Positions 53,239 through 64,000 of a stretch of 64,000 nt of DNA are shown piece after piece. The stretch lies in assembly GCF_964204645.1 (NCBI RefSeq), contig NC_134035.1, forward strand, positions 13,912,314 to 13,976,313, read 5' to 3'. The notes beneath the pieces were generated by a model, which did no database searches, was not told the DNA's origin, and saw only the letters and a program-made list of their open reading frames with translations. The stretch is from Tubulanus polymorphus. Its lineage: Eukaryota > Animalia > Nemertea. A program made the position numbers and the translations under genes. Every line of letters begins with the position of its first letter. The first letter of the stretch is position 1.

Positions 53239-55262
53239 TATCGACAGGTATAGGAGTATCGTGTAGTATTCGAGTTGGTCAGAAACTAGGTAACGATCAA
53301 CCTACTGCAGCATTGAGACAAACCAAAATCACACTCGCCGTTTTATGTAAGTTCTAAGTTGTTGATATCGATATCTCAAATCAATAATCTTATTGAATTT
53401 GATAGTTTGATCGGTTTGATATTTTCAGGGACTACGTCTATCGCTATTTCTGCGCTGATTCTGGCATTCCGTGAATTCATCCCGGAAATCTATTCAGATA
53501 ACCAGTAGGTATCAACACACAGATTTGTGAGATATTGATATTGATATATCATGCCAAATGAGACAAGTTTGATATATTTTCAGATCTGTTTTGGAATTAT
53601 CGAGGAATCTGATTCCACAGTTAGCTGTTTTACAGCTTCTACAGGCGAACGCTGTGAGTCTCTTCTATTCATCCTCCCCCGGCAGGGATTCGAACCTGAT
53701 GGCATCGAGATTGCCACGGCACGAAACCCTGCCATAATCGACCGTGTGCGCAGATACATGCGCAGTTCAGATGATGTGATTTTTAGCCAATCAGAAATCC
53801 CGTTTTATTTTAGCCCGGGTTTTCCCATTTATAGTTCTTCCTTGAAATTTGCCTCAACGATTATACAACGAGCAATCTGATTGGTGCCGCCAGTTTTCGT
53901 TCGGAAAGCTGCGCATGTACCTGCGCACCCGGTCTACTGATGCAGGGGTTCGTGCCGTGGCTGAGTGTAGCGATGCCATCAGGTTCGAGTCCCTGCAGAG
54001 GGAGGATGCTTCTATTGTACTGAATGCAAGGTTAAAATTAGATTCAAATTCTGCTGTTACTTTATTCATTTCTATTAAGTTTCAAATCAAACATTAAATC
54101 TTTTTCATTTATTTATTTTTCACTTGGAAATATGTACAGTACACATAAAAACCCATTTTGCTGCTTTGCGGCTATATTTATTTATCTGTTTTATACTGTG
54201 GATACGTGGTGTATAAACAGCGACCAATGTGCCGCAAACCCTGTTTTCGCTGCTTTGCGGCTATATTTGTTTATCTCTATAACGTTCATTCAGAATGTGT
54301 GTAACAGTATTCTACGCGGTTGTGGACGTCAACACGTGGGAACCCTCGTTCTATTTATAGGCTATTACGTCATCGGTCTACCGATCGGGATTCCCTGTAT
54401 GTTACTGACCAATCTGCGAACTTCAGGTCAGTAGTGACGTCACTCACTGGGTGATATAGAAACCAATTTATGTTTAACACATATTAAATTGTTTGTTTTG
54501 CAGGATTTCTACTTGGTTTAAACTGCGGGGCTTTTTTCAATAGTTTAACATTGTTTACAATAGTGAATAGAACAGATTGGACACAACAGGCTCATCAGGT
54601 ACTGATACACAGCGCTAGGGGGCGTTGAATCCAGTTCTACTGTCATGAGTTCATTTTCAATGATAACTCTCACTCGAGTCGGTTTGGACTTTGGACCCAG
54701 TTGACTCAACGTTGAGTGAGTTAACCTCGACGGACCCAGTCTTTTGAAACTGTGTCTAGGACTGTGGAACTGGGTCCAGGACTGTGGAACTGGGTCCAGG
54801 ACTGTGACAATGGGCCCAAGATAGTGGAACTGGGTCCAGGTCTGAGACAATGGGCCCAAGATAGTGGAACCGGGTCCAGGCTGGTTCGTGACCGGATAAG
54901 TAACTGTATTTAATATTGTATATTCCTCTAGGCGCAGATGAGACTTGGAAATTTGCACCTAGAATCTGAAGAAACGACTCCTGTATTTCAATATAAGATC
55001 AGTAAGTGCTAAAACTGGATTCCGTTTCATCCAGCCAGTCCTGATTTTACCTTTGGATTGACTCGTTTTTTCAGTTGCGCCATCTGGCGGATCGTCGTCC
55101 GCGTGTAACGACAGAAACTGGAGCCGGATTGTTGCGCAGAAATTTTCGCTGGTTCTTATTTCTGTGCTGATATTCGTGGTCGGCGTCACATTAAGAACGA
55201 TCTATTCGGACGAAGACCCCACAATCATTATATATACATTAAACTCCACCCATAGATTTTGA
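50171..55262 (+). CDS. Multidrug and toxin extrusion (MATE/SLC47-like) transporter
   Basis: About 18 exons (start at 50171 tentative). They include 51309-51479 (FCGHLG..GCETLFSQ), 51564-51712 (AYG..LQRALLI..CFPVW), ~52797-52910 (GWS..LEFFCLEIG), 53584-53653, 54294-54426 (ILRGCGRQ..GYYVIGLPIG) and 55075-55262, which encodes a 13th TM helix as in vertebrate MATE1. Confidence 0.9.
50290..50450. repeat. 10-bp (GAGGTTCCAC)n repeat in MATE intron
   Basis: Directly visible. Confidence 0.9.
53670..54008. mobile_element. Inverted pair of ~130-bp tRNA-related elements in MATE intron
   Basis: 53670-53795 and 53877-54008 are reverse-complement homologues. The ORF track shows ATARNPAIIDRVRRYMRS on + and ATARTPASVDRVRRYMRS on -. 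The right arm has TGGCTGAGTG and GGTTCGAGTCC. Confidence 0.65.
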
Positions 55263-58200
55263 ATGACAGGTTCGCCCATTCTGGTGATTCGCTTAGATAT
55301 CGATTGTATGCAAATGTAAATATCAAATAAATCATTATCAACAAAAAATCCAAGTTGTTTTATGTAGCTTTTCATCGTAGAGTAAAGAAAGTCTGTATGT
55401 GACATGTGGAAATCTAAAACTCACTGTTGAAATTAAACCACTTGAAGATCGGGTACTAAAATCTTGTTCGAAATTTCATATTAACATTCCAAGATTCCGA
55501 AGAATACCGCACCACGCGTTCAGACCTAGGCATCATTTAGAAAAATCAGAGACTGAGCGAGATTTGGAAAAATTAAATACATGTTTCTTTTTAACCTATT
55601 TGAATAGCGTGAAATGTCAATGTATTATGTATATACGACAGACGATACGATGGAAACGTTCACTTTCTAATCCCTATTGTACTAATATTATAAAATCGAT
55701 AAACCGGTAAATGAAGATGATATGTAAATAAAACGAATCTTATTTCAATATGGATATTCACAGACCCGCAATCGCACGCGACACTTAAACTGGTCTTAAC
55801 TGTTCTAAGTTAGGTTTAATATTCCATATTCGAATATAACGTCCCCAACAACTTACAAACTTCTAAATCAACGAGTGAACTTGATTATAAATTCAAAAAT
55901 AACATAATCTCTTGCTATATGATTAAGTGTTAATGATTCGCCATTTATTACATAACTGATTTTTCCACTGGATGAATGTGATTGTGTATGTGATTGTGTG
56001 GTTGTAACAATGTGTATATGATTGTGTGATTGTAACAGTGTGTTGAGGTGACCCTCGGGCACCTTCGATTGATATAATAACTTCTGTAACATGTTTACAT
56101 ATATCTATTTAATTATGTATCTATAAAACTGAGTGTTTTATTATGTTATAATTTCGATGTAAATAAAGATTATTATTATCCTCATTATTAACTTTAGTTC
56201 TGGTGTAAGTTAGCGCCGTGTAAACACTACTTTCCTGTTCTCACACATTTTTATATGGTGTGAACTGAAGCGAGCCCCCGGTAAGCGAGGTTCGTCCGCA
56301 GCGGAGCGGGGATTGACGTGAACGGACTGGACGCTGCTGGAATAGAATTAACGCAGCGGAAAATGACGTCATTTGTCGCAGCGTTTGCGTTAAAGCTAGC
56401 GTTAAACGTGCACCGACGTGAAACGGTAAACACTGCGTTGTTTTCTAATTAAACCTGATGACAAAGTTAATTGTCTCCGGCGGTGCCCGCAAGCGATTCC
56501 TCTAATCTTCGTATAAAAACTAACTATTCTCCTTATAGAGATTCCTAGAATAACTGCCCCACCCGCCAGCCCACCAACCTGCCCACTACACCTACCCAGC
56601 CAGCCCACCAACCTGCCCACTACACCCAGCCAGCCCAAAAACCTGCCCACTACACCCAGTCAGCCAGCCCACTACACCCACTCGGCCAGCCCAACAACTA
56701 GTCCACTACAATCAGCCAGCCCACCAACCAGCTCACTACAACCAGCCAGCCAGCCCACCAGCCAGCCCACCCGCCAGCCCACCGCACCCACCAGCTGCCT
56801 GCCAGCCCACCAGCTGCCTCCCGGCCCACCAGCTGCCTCCCAGCCCACCAACCAGCCCACCCCTCTACATGTTGCATCTATTCCGCAAAGATAAAACAGT
56901 ATTTGATATTTAAGCCCTGAATTTCAAGTTATTTAATGCTCGAGTCCAAGCACCATTCGTGAATGAAAATTTAAAAGGAACAAATTAAAAAATTTACATA
57001 TTGAAAATTGAGGGGAGGGGAGGGGGGTTAAAGTGTATGAGGGGAGGGGGGTTACAGAATGATACACTAGATACTAGCGATATATATTTGCACACGTTTC
57101 GCAGCTACTGCTGCTGCTGCTGCTGTTTGGTTTCGATGTGTTGATAACACGAAGCTGATTGGTTGTTATTAGATGTAATTTGAATCACGTGGTTATAACG
57201 GTAGCGCAGTTAGAGGAGGCAGACGATCTCAGATACTCCGAGCGACAAACCGCAACTTATACAACAAATATTTCATCTTCACCCAACAGCAGCCATCGCC
57301 GACACTATCATCACAAAAACGCGCATTTATAACTAACATTTGGAGATTGTTTCTAAAAAAGGAGAAAATGAACTTGGTAAGTTGTTAAATTGTTTCTATT
57401 TCACTGTTAGCAAAATTCAGAGGCTGCGGTCGCTGAAAAGTTGATCGGGGTAGTTACACGGTGCTTCCATATTTGGAAATTTAGTTGTAAATCTATTGTA
57501 AATTAATGAGGAGGATTTGACGTTTTCGGCAGGTTTTCGATGCTAGGGCTTGTTTCAAAAAGACCGGGGGGCGCTGCAGTTACTGAAATGTTGTTTAAAG
57601 TTACACTAGTTGACAAAGTAACATTTAAAAGTTAATTGTAACTATGGTATATATCTGCCGATTATCTTTAGACGACTTATGAACAACTGCAGTCCCTGGT
57701 ATAAGGGGTCCTCTCACAGGGGGTCCACTCACAGGGGTCCACTCACAGGGGTTCACTAACAGGGGGTCCACTCACAGGGGTCCACTTTCAACCTTTACAA
57801 TTCGCTATGTCAGTTTTATTATTTACGTTCCAATTGTCAATGTAGTAGATTGGGTTCAATGTTATGGAAACCGTTTAAGCTTAAAACGGTTAAGTTTTTA
57901 AATTGTTGTCCTCATTGTAAAACATGTGAAGTCACCAATAATAGCAGTTAAACCAGTAATTCGAAACACTTGATCCTGGTTGACTTTAACCAGTTTTATT
58001 TTAACCAGTGTTAATTGTTGCTATGTCAGTGATGCTGACGCCTGACGTCCCAGAATTTCATGTCGTTCTGTATGCACGGTTTTTACCTGAACTGCGCGCG
58101 CACGCGCACTCGGAGAAAGAGAAAGCAGTTTTATTTGATATTTGAGATATTATTTGAGATATTGTTGGAGAATCTCACAAATTGCTGATTTATTAATGAA

Positions 58201-58496
58201 AAGATTGCTGATATTTGTACAGCGATATTGTATTTACATCTACGACGACTGAATCCGGCACGCGACACAAACACAGACACACGATCGCGACACACGTCAC
58301 TCAATCCGAACATTCCTGCCGACGTATTCTTCTTGAGAACATTTAAAACACAGTGAAATTCCATTTGAAAACTAACAACTGAGTGGAACACTGTGGAACT
58401 GTGGAATTGACCAATTTAAAGTGGGCAGAACGAGTGGAAATAGAGGAACTGAACATTGTTTGTATTTATCAACCACATCTGAAACTATGGTGTAAT

Positions 58497-59121
58497 GAGT
58501 GGAACTGTGGTGTAATAAGTGGAACTATGGTGTAATGAGTGGAACTATGGTGTAATGAGTGGAACTGTGGTGTAATGAGTGGAACTATGGTGTAATGAGT
58601 GGAACTGTGGTGTAATGAGTGGAACTGTGGTGTAATGAGTGGAACTATGGTGTAATGAGTGGAACTGTGGTGTAATGAGTGGAACTATGGTGTAATGAGT
58701 GGAACTGTGGTGTAATGAGTGGAACTGTGGTGTAATGAGTGGAACTATGGTGTAATGAGTGGAACTGTGGTGTAATGAGTGGAACTGTGGTGTAATGAGT
58801 GGAACTGTGGTGTAATGAGTGGAACTATGGTGTAATGAGTGGAACTGTGGTGTAATGAGTGGAACTGTGGTGTAATGAGTGGAACTATGGTGTAATGAGT
58901 GGAACTGTGGTGTAATGAGTGGAACTGTGGTGTAATGAGTGGAACTGTGGTGTAATGAGTGGAACTGTGGTGTAATGAGTGGAACTGTGGTGTAATGAGT
59001 GGAACTGTGGTGTAATGAGTGGAACTGTGTTGTAATGAGTAGAACTATGGTGTAATGAGTGGAACTGTGGTGTAATGAGTGGAACTGTGTTGTAATGAGT
59101 AGAACTATGGTGTAATAAGTG
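58497..59121. repeat. 20-bp minisatellite (GAGTGGAACT(G/A)TGGTGTAAT), ~31 copies
   Basis: Directly visible. Confidence 0.97.
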
Positions 59122-59629
59122 TGTTTTTGTTGATGATAATTGTGATAAAAATAATCATGATAATCATCATCAATGATAATTATTATGTATATATCTTATA
59201 TACCAGTTTACACATACATATTATACAGGGCTATAAAATTTACAAATTAATATAATCAATTGAAATATCGCCCGAGATATTTGACTTCAATTTGAAAAAT
59301 AATCAAATCGAAACAGGATTTTACTCTAAAAGGTAATGAATATATAGGCGACGATGCGTTAGACTGGTTACCGGTAGACAAAGATGTTATTATGACACGC
59401 AACCAGTCCATTTAGCTGGTAGTAGACAGAGAGAGATCGACGATAAACTATAGGACTAGAGCTTTAGTGAATCGTAGCTCACCTCAAACACCGCACAGCT
59501 ACAGATAACTAGATAGTTTATAGTACTAATAAATTACATCCTATCTCTAGCCAGCCCATAACAACAGAATCTACACCACAATCCCCGCAGCCTAGAGTAG
59601 CACGTATTGGGTGCTTAAACACTTCTATA

Positions 59630-59935
59630 GATCCAGTTCCATATTCCAGGATCCAGTTCTCAATGTTCAGGATCCAGTTCTCAATGTTCAGGATCCAGTT
59701 CCACAGTTCTGGACCCAGTTCCACAGTTCTGGACCCAGTTCCACAGTTCTGGACTCAATTCCACAGTTCTGGACTCAATTCCACAGTTCTGGACTCAATT
59801 TCACAGTTCTGGATCCAGTTCCACAGTTCTGGACTCAGTTCAACAGTTCTGAACTCAGTTTTACAGTTCTGTACTCAGTTCCACAGTTCTGGATCCAGTT
59901 CCACAGTTCTGGATCCAGTTCCACAGCCCAGGACC
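59630..59935. repeat. 20-bp CCAGTTCCACAGTTCTGGAT minisatellite
   Basis: Directly visible. Confidence 0.9.
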
Positions 59936-61387
59936 TATACGGTACCGATTAATGGTTGGTTGGGTTGGACTCAGTTCCAACGAATCGGTTTTTGACTATT
60001 GATAGAAATTCATATTGCGAATTCCGTGCAGTGAAATTCTAACCGATATTCTAACTACACGAGGCCCTGGACGTGTTAATTGATATCCGCCTCATTATGA
60101 AATGAAATTCATCAAACGTTTATTAAAAAGTTGATTATAAACTTCTTAATGTTTATTACCAAAAAGGTAATTTACTCAGTATCGGTAATTCATTAAAGTA
60201 ACATCAAAAGATGTGCGATTAAAATGATTAGTTTTTGTTAACGGTTTTTCACTAAATGACGAAAACGATTAACGTTTGAAATTAAACTAAAAGGTGGAAA
60301 TTTTAAGATAATTAAACCCACTTTCTGGTTGATACTAAACAACAACTTCTTCAGTGCTATCATACATCGATGACAATAATCGGATAGTCATGAAAAAAAT
60401 GCACTTTATTGATTGAACCCCATTTAACTTTCAATTTTTTTTCATTAAGAAGATCGACGCCCTTTCTTCCGAAATGAATTGCGAAGCGATCGAATTTTTG
60501 GACGAGGGAAAGTTTTAGTTTTGAATTAAATCCCAGGAGGATGGTCTGTATTTTACCGTTGGTTCTTCGACGGTTCAATCAAGGTGAAATTGGTTTTTGT
60601 AAAAAACAAACCACATCGACTCTTGTATAGCGAACCCGGTCGTTACGCGTGTCCTGCAGGTAGGATTCTTCAAAATAATAATAATTCATAGACAAAATCC
60701 TAGTTCGGAGGTAGATTGGAAAATAATGATTTCTAGCCGAAAGGCATTTCATCATGAATGAAGCAGATCTAACTCGAGTACCGGCGAGAAATAAAGAGAC
60801 AAAATGAAGTGTCATTTCTGCGGTAAATATGTCAACAACACGAAATTGTCAATATCGAAAATAAAGAGACACGCGTCAATTTTAATGACAAATTGCCTTC
60901 GAAATTAGCTTCTTATTTCATGTAAAATTATCCGTTAAACATCGCCGAACATCACAGCGAACAGTCAGGGATTCATTCCGTTACTTTCTCTCGATTATAA
61001 TAATAAAATACACTCACAGCGCTCGCTCACTTTCCCCGTCCAGTTAGTTACTATGGTAATTTAGAATATACATATTTGAATACATTGTTGCGTCATTTTG
61101 TTTATTCGACTCGGAGGAGTGATTTTTCGTTTCACGATCTCATTTGTGATCTAAAATTTATAGAATTCGAATTGAATAAATCAGAGGGAGGGAGGGAGGG
61201 AGAGGTTGCGAGGTTGCGAGGTCTGTGGAGGTCTCCTCTCCGTAGATAAACCTACCCTCCTCACCCCTCAGGTGGTGGTGCCCTCTGGCGATGATTTGAG
61301 TTTTTTAATGCGATTACGTAAAAATAAGTGAATTTTAATTAACTGTGATGAGACGGAGAGAGAGAGGTGTCGTCTTCGGGGTATTTA

Positions 61388-62495
61388 ATCTCTCCTCTCT
61401 CCTCTCTCCTCTCTCCTCTCTCCTCTCTCCTCTCTCCTCTCTCCTCTCTCCTCTCTTCTCTCTCCTCTCTCCTCTCTCCTCTCTCCTCTCTCCTCTCTCC
61501 TCTCTCCTCTCTCCTCTCTCCTCTCCTCTCCTCTCTCCTCTCTCCTCTCTTCTCCCCTCTCTCCTCTCTCCTCTCTCCTCTCTCCTCTCTCCTCTCTCCT
61601 CTCTCCTCTCTCTTCTTTCCCCTCTCTCCTCTCTCCTCTCACCTCTCTCTTCTCCCCTCTCTCATCTCTCCTCTCACCTCTCCTCTCTCCTCTCCTCTCT
61701 CCTCTCTCTTCTTTCCCCTCTCTCCTCTCTCCTCTCACCTTTCCTCTCTCCTCTCCTCTCTCCTCTCTCTTCATTCCCCTCTCTCCTCTCTCCTCTCTCC
61801 TCTCACCTTTCCTCTCTCCCTCTCCTCTCTCCTCTCTCCTCTCTCCTCTCTCCTCTCTCCTCTCTCCTCTCCTCTCTCCTCTCTCCTCTCTCCTCTCTCC
61901 TCTCTCCTCTCTCCTCTCTCCTCTCTCCTCTCTCCTCTCTCCTCTCTCCTCTCTCCTCTCTCCTCTCTCCTCTCTCCCTCTCTCCTCTCTCCTCTCTCCT
62001 TTTTCCTCTCTCCTCTCTCCTCTCTCCTCTCTCCTCTCTCTTCTTTCCCCTCTCTCCTCTCACCTCTCTCTTCTCCCCTCTCTCCTCTCACCTCTCCTCT
62101 CTCCTCTCCTCTCTCCTCTCTCTTCTTTCCCTCTCTCCTCTCTCCTCTCACCTTTCCTCTCTCCTCTCCTCTCTCCTCTCTCTTCATTCCCTCTCTCTTC
62201 TCTCTCTCCTCTCACCTTTCTCTCTCCTCTCCTCTCTCCTCTCTCCTCTCTCTTCTTTCCCCTCTCTCCTCTCTCCTCTCACCTCTCCTCTCTCCTCTCT
62301 CCTCTCACCTCTCTCTCCCCTTTCTCCTTTCTCCTCTCTCCTCTCACCTCTCCTCTCTCCTCTCTCCTCTCTCCTCTCACCTTTCCTCTCTCCTCTCCTC
62401 TCTCCTCTCTCCTCTCTCTTCTTTCCCCTCTCTCCTCTCTCCTCTCACCTCTCCTCTCTCCTCTCTCCTCTCACCTCTCTCCTCTCACCTCTCTA
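61388..62495. repeat. ~1.1-kb polypyrimidine (CTCTCCT)n tract
   Basis: Almost pure C/T. It explains the LSPLSS and ERGERR ORFs. Confidence 0.97.
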
Positions 62496-62654
62496 GCTAC
62501 CAGTGAGATGATAGCGCGGCGGTACTGTGCATCAGCAGGATGCGGTGCGCAGGTTAACATCACGCTGCATCAGGTGTTTCACTGGTCGGAAACTTGTCGT
62601 GTTCTGAATTCAAAACATTCAATAAATCCCATTTATTCCGACTCTAACCGGGGT

Positions 62655-63298
62655 GGTTTAGGGCGGTGTAGAGAGGTGTAGGGAGGTGTCGAGAGGTGAA
62701 GGGGAGGTTTAGGGAGGTGAAGAGAGGTGTCGAGAGGTGTAGGGAGGTGTCGAGAGGTGAAAGGGAGGTTTAGGGCGGTTTAGAGAGGTGTAGGAGGTTT
62801 TGAGAGGTGTAGAGAGATGAAGGGAGGTTTAGAGAGCTGTAGAGAGGTGAAGGGGAGGTTTAGGGAGCTGTAGAGAGGTGAAGGGAGGTTTAGAGAGCTG
62901 TAGAGAGGTGTAGGGAGGTTTAGAGAGGTGTCGAGAGGTGAAGGGGAGGTTTAGGGAGGTGAAGAGAGGTGTCGAGAGGTGTAGGGAGGTGTCGAGAGGT
63001 GAAAGGGAGGTTTAGGGCGGTGTAGAGAGGTGTAGGAGGTTTTGAGAGGTGTAGAGAGATGAAGGGGAGGTTTAGAGAGCTGTAGAGAGGTGAAGGGGAG
63101 GTTTAGAGAGCTGTAGAGAGGTGAAGGGGAGGTTTAGGGAGCTGTAGAGAGGTGAAGGGGAGGTTTAGAGAGCTGTAGAGAGGTGAAGGGGAGGTTTAGG
63201 GAGCTGTAGAGAGGTGAAGGGGAGGTTTAGAGAGCTGTAGAGAGGTGTAGGGAGGTTTAGAGAGGTGTAGAGAGGTGAAGGGGAGGTTAAGGGAGGAG
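62655..63298. repeat. Purine-rich (AGAGAGGTGTAGGGAGGTTT)-type minisatellite
   Basis: Directly visible. It resembles the reverse complement of the 1750-3550 repeat. Confidence 0.9.
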
Positions 63299-63453
63299 GC
63301 ACGGTTAGCTGGCAAGTACCTCACAAATAAAAACACATCTTCAATAACAATCGGACAGATATCATCCGGTTACCAGTGGTTACTCGTATTACAGAACAGT
63401 GGAGATCATTTGTCTTATCGTCATCATTAATAAATCAGTTGCAGTTTGTTTCA

Positions 63454-63603
63454 TCCTCCTCCTCCACCTCCTCCTCCACCTCCTCCTCCTCCTCCTCCTC
63501 CTCCTCCTCCTCCTCCTCCTCCTCCTTCCTCCTCCTCCTGCTCCTCCTGCTCCTCCTCCTGCTCCTCCTCCTCCTCCTGCTCCTCCTCCTCCTCCTCCTC
63601 CTC
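63454..63603. repeat. (CCT)n microsatellite
   Basis: Directly visible. It produces the poly-P/S/L/E/G ORFs. Confidence 0.95.
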
Positions 63604-64000
63604 GTCCGAAAGTTCCACACAATCCAATGATTCGCCGCGCCCATTGGGGCAGGTGACGTCATAGTGTTCGAGGTCGCGCTCTGCGATCTGTGTATTGTAA
63701 CGTAATTCGCTGATTGTATTCAAAATGGCGGCGTCGTCACGTGACTGCAAACAGTAACCATGAGGGTTAATCCTGAATCGTGTAATCTCAGAACTCTAAT
63801 TACACCAGGTGTAATTGATCTGTCTGTTAGAACAGGATTTATCAGTAATTAATATCGCATTGTTTAGACGGGTTGCCGCCGCGTGTGTGACTGGTTGTCG
63901 TTAATTACCGGTCAACGCGTTAATCCGTTAATCGTTTAATCCGGTTTGAATGACAGTTACAGGTGAACGGATTAACGACGAATCGAGATTTAAGAATCAC

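Noticed and set aside
57290-57382. Possible first exon (ATGAACTTG|GTAAGT) of another + strand gene
   Set aside because: The donor is good but there are only three codons and no identifiable downstream exons in the window.
61345-63750. Leu/Ser/Pro-, Glu/Arg- and poly-P/G ORFs
   Set aside because: Artefacts of CT-rich and (CCT)n simple repeats.

Overview
This is eukaryotic animal genomic DNA with GT-AG introns, many of them about 60-150 nt. It is AT-rich and gene-dense, probably from a compact invertebrate genome such as a lophotrochozoan (inference). Hand-splicing recovers nine multi-exon genes: the 3' part of PKMYT1 (+), an uncharacterised membrane protein (-), ITFG2 (-), TYMS (+), ILRUN/C6orf106 (-), WDR76 (+), a DUF1057-type alpha/beta hydrolase (-), a tetraspanin (+) and a MATE/SLC47 transporter (+). 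The last ~8.7 kb holds no recognisable CDS. Most ORF-track entries are artefacts of minisatellites. Four structures stand out. (1) A 6 x ~1.34 kb tandem array carries an intact ITFG2 terminal coding exon and poly(A) signals in every unit, apparently with the promoter and first exon of the next gene. (2) Minisatellites repeatedly straddle splice junctions, giving 15-34 tandem copies of a 3' splice site in ITFG2 (twice), the hydrolase and the tetraspanin. (3) A 13 x 58 bp array of CLEAR-like E-box plus TTAGGG motifs fills the ILRUN/WDR76 divergent promoter. (4) The hydrolase and the MATE transporter each lack a key functional residue. Exon coordinates were read by eye, family assignments come from remembered motifs, and no searches were run.
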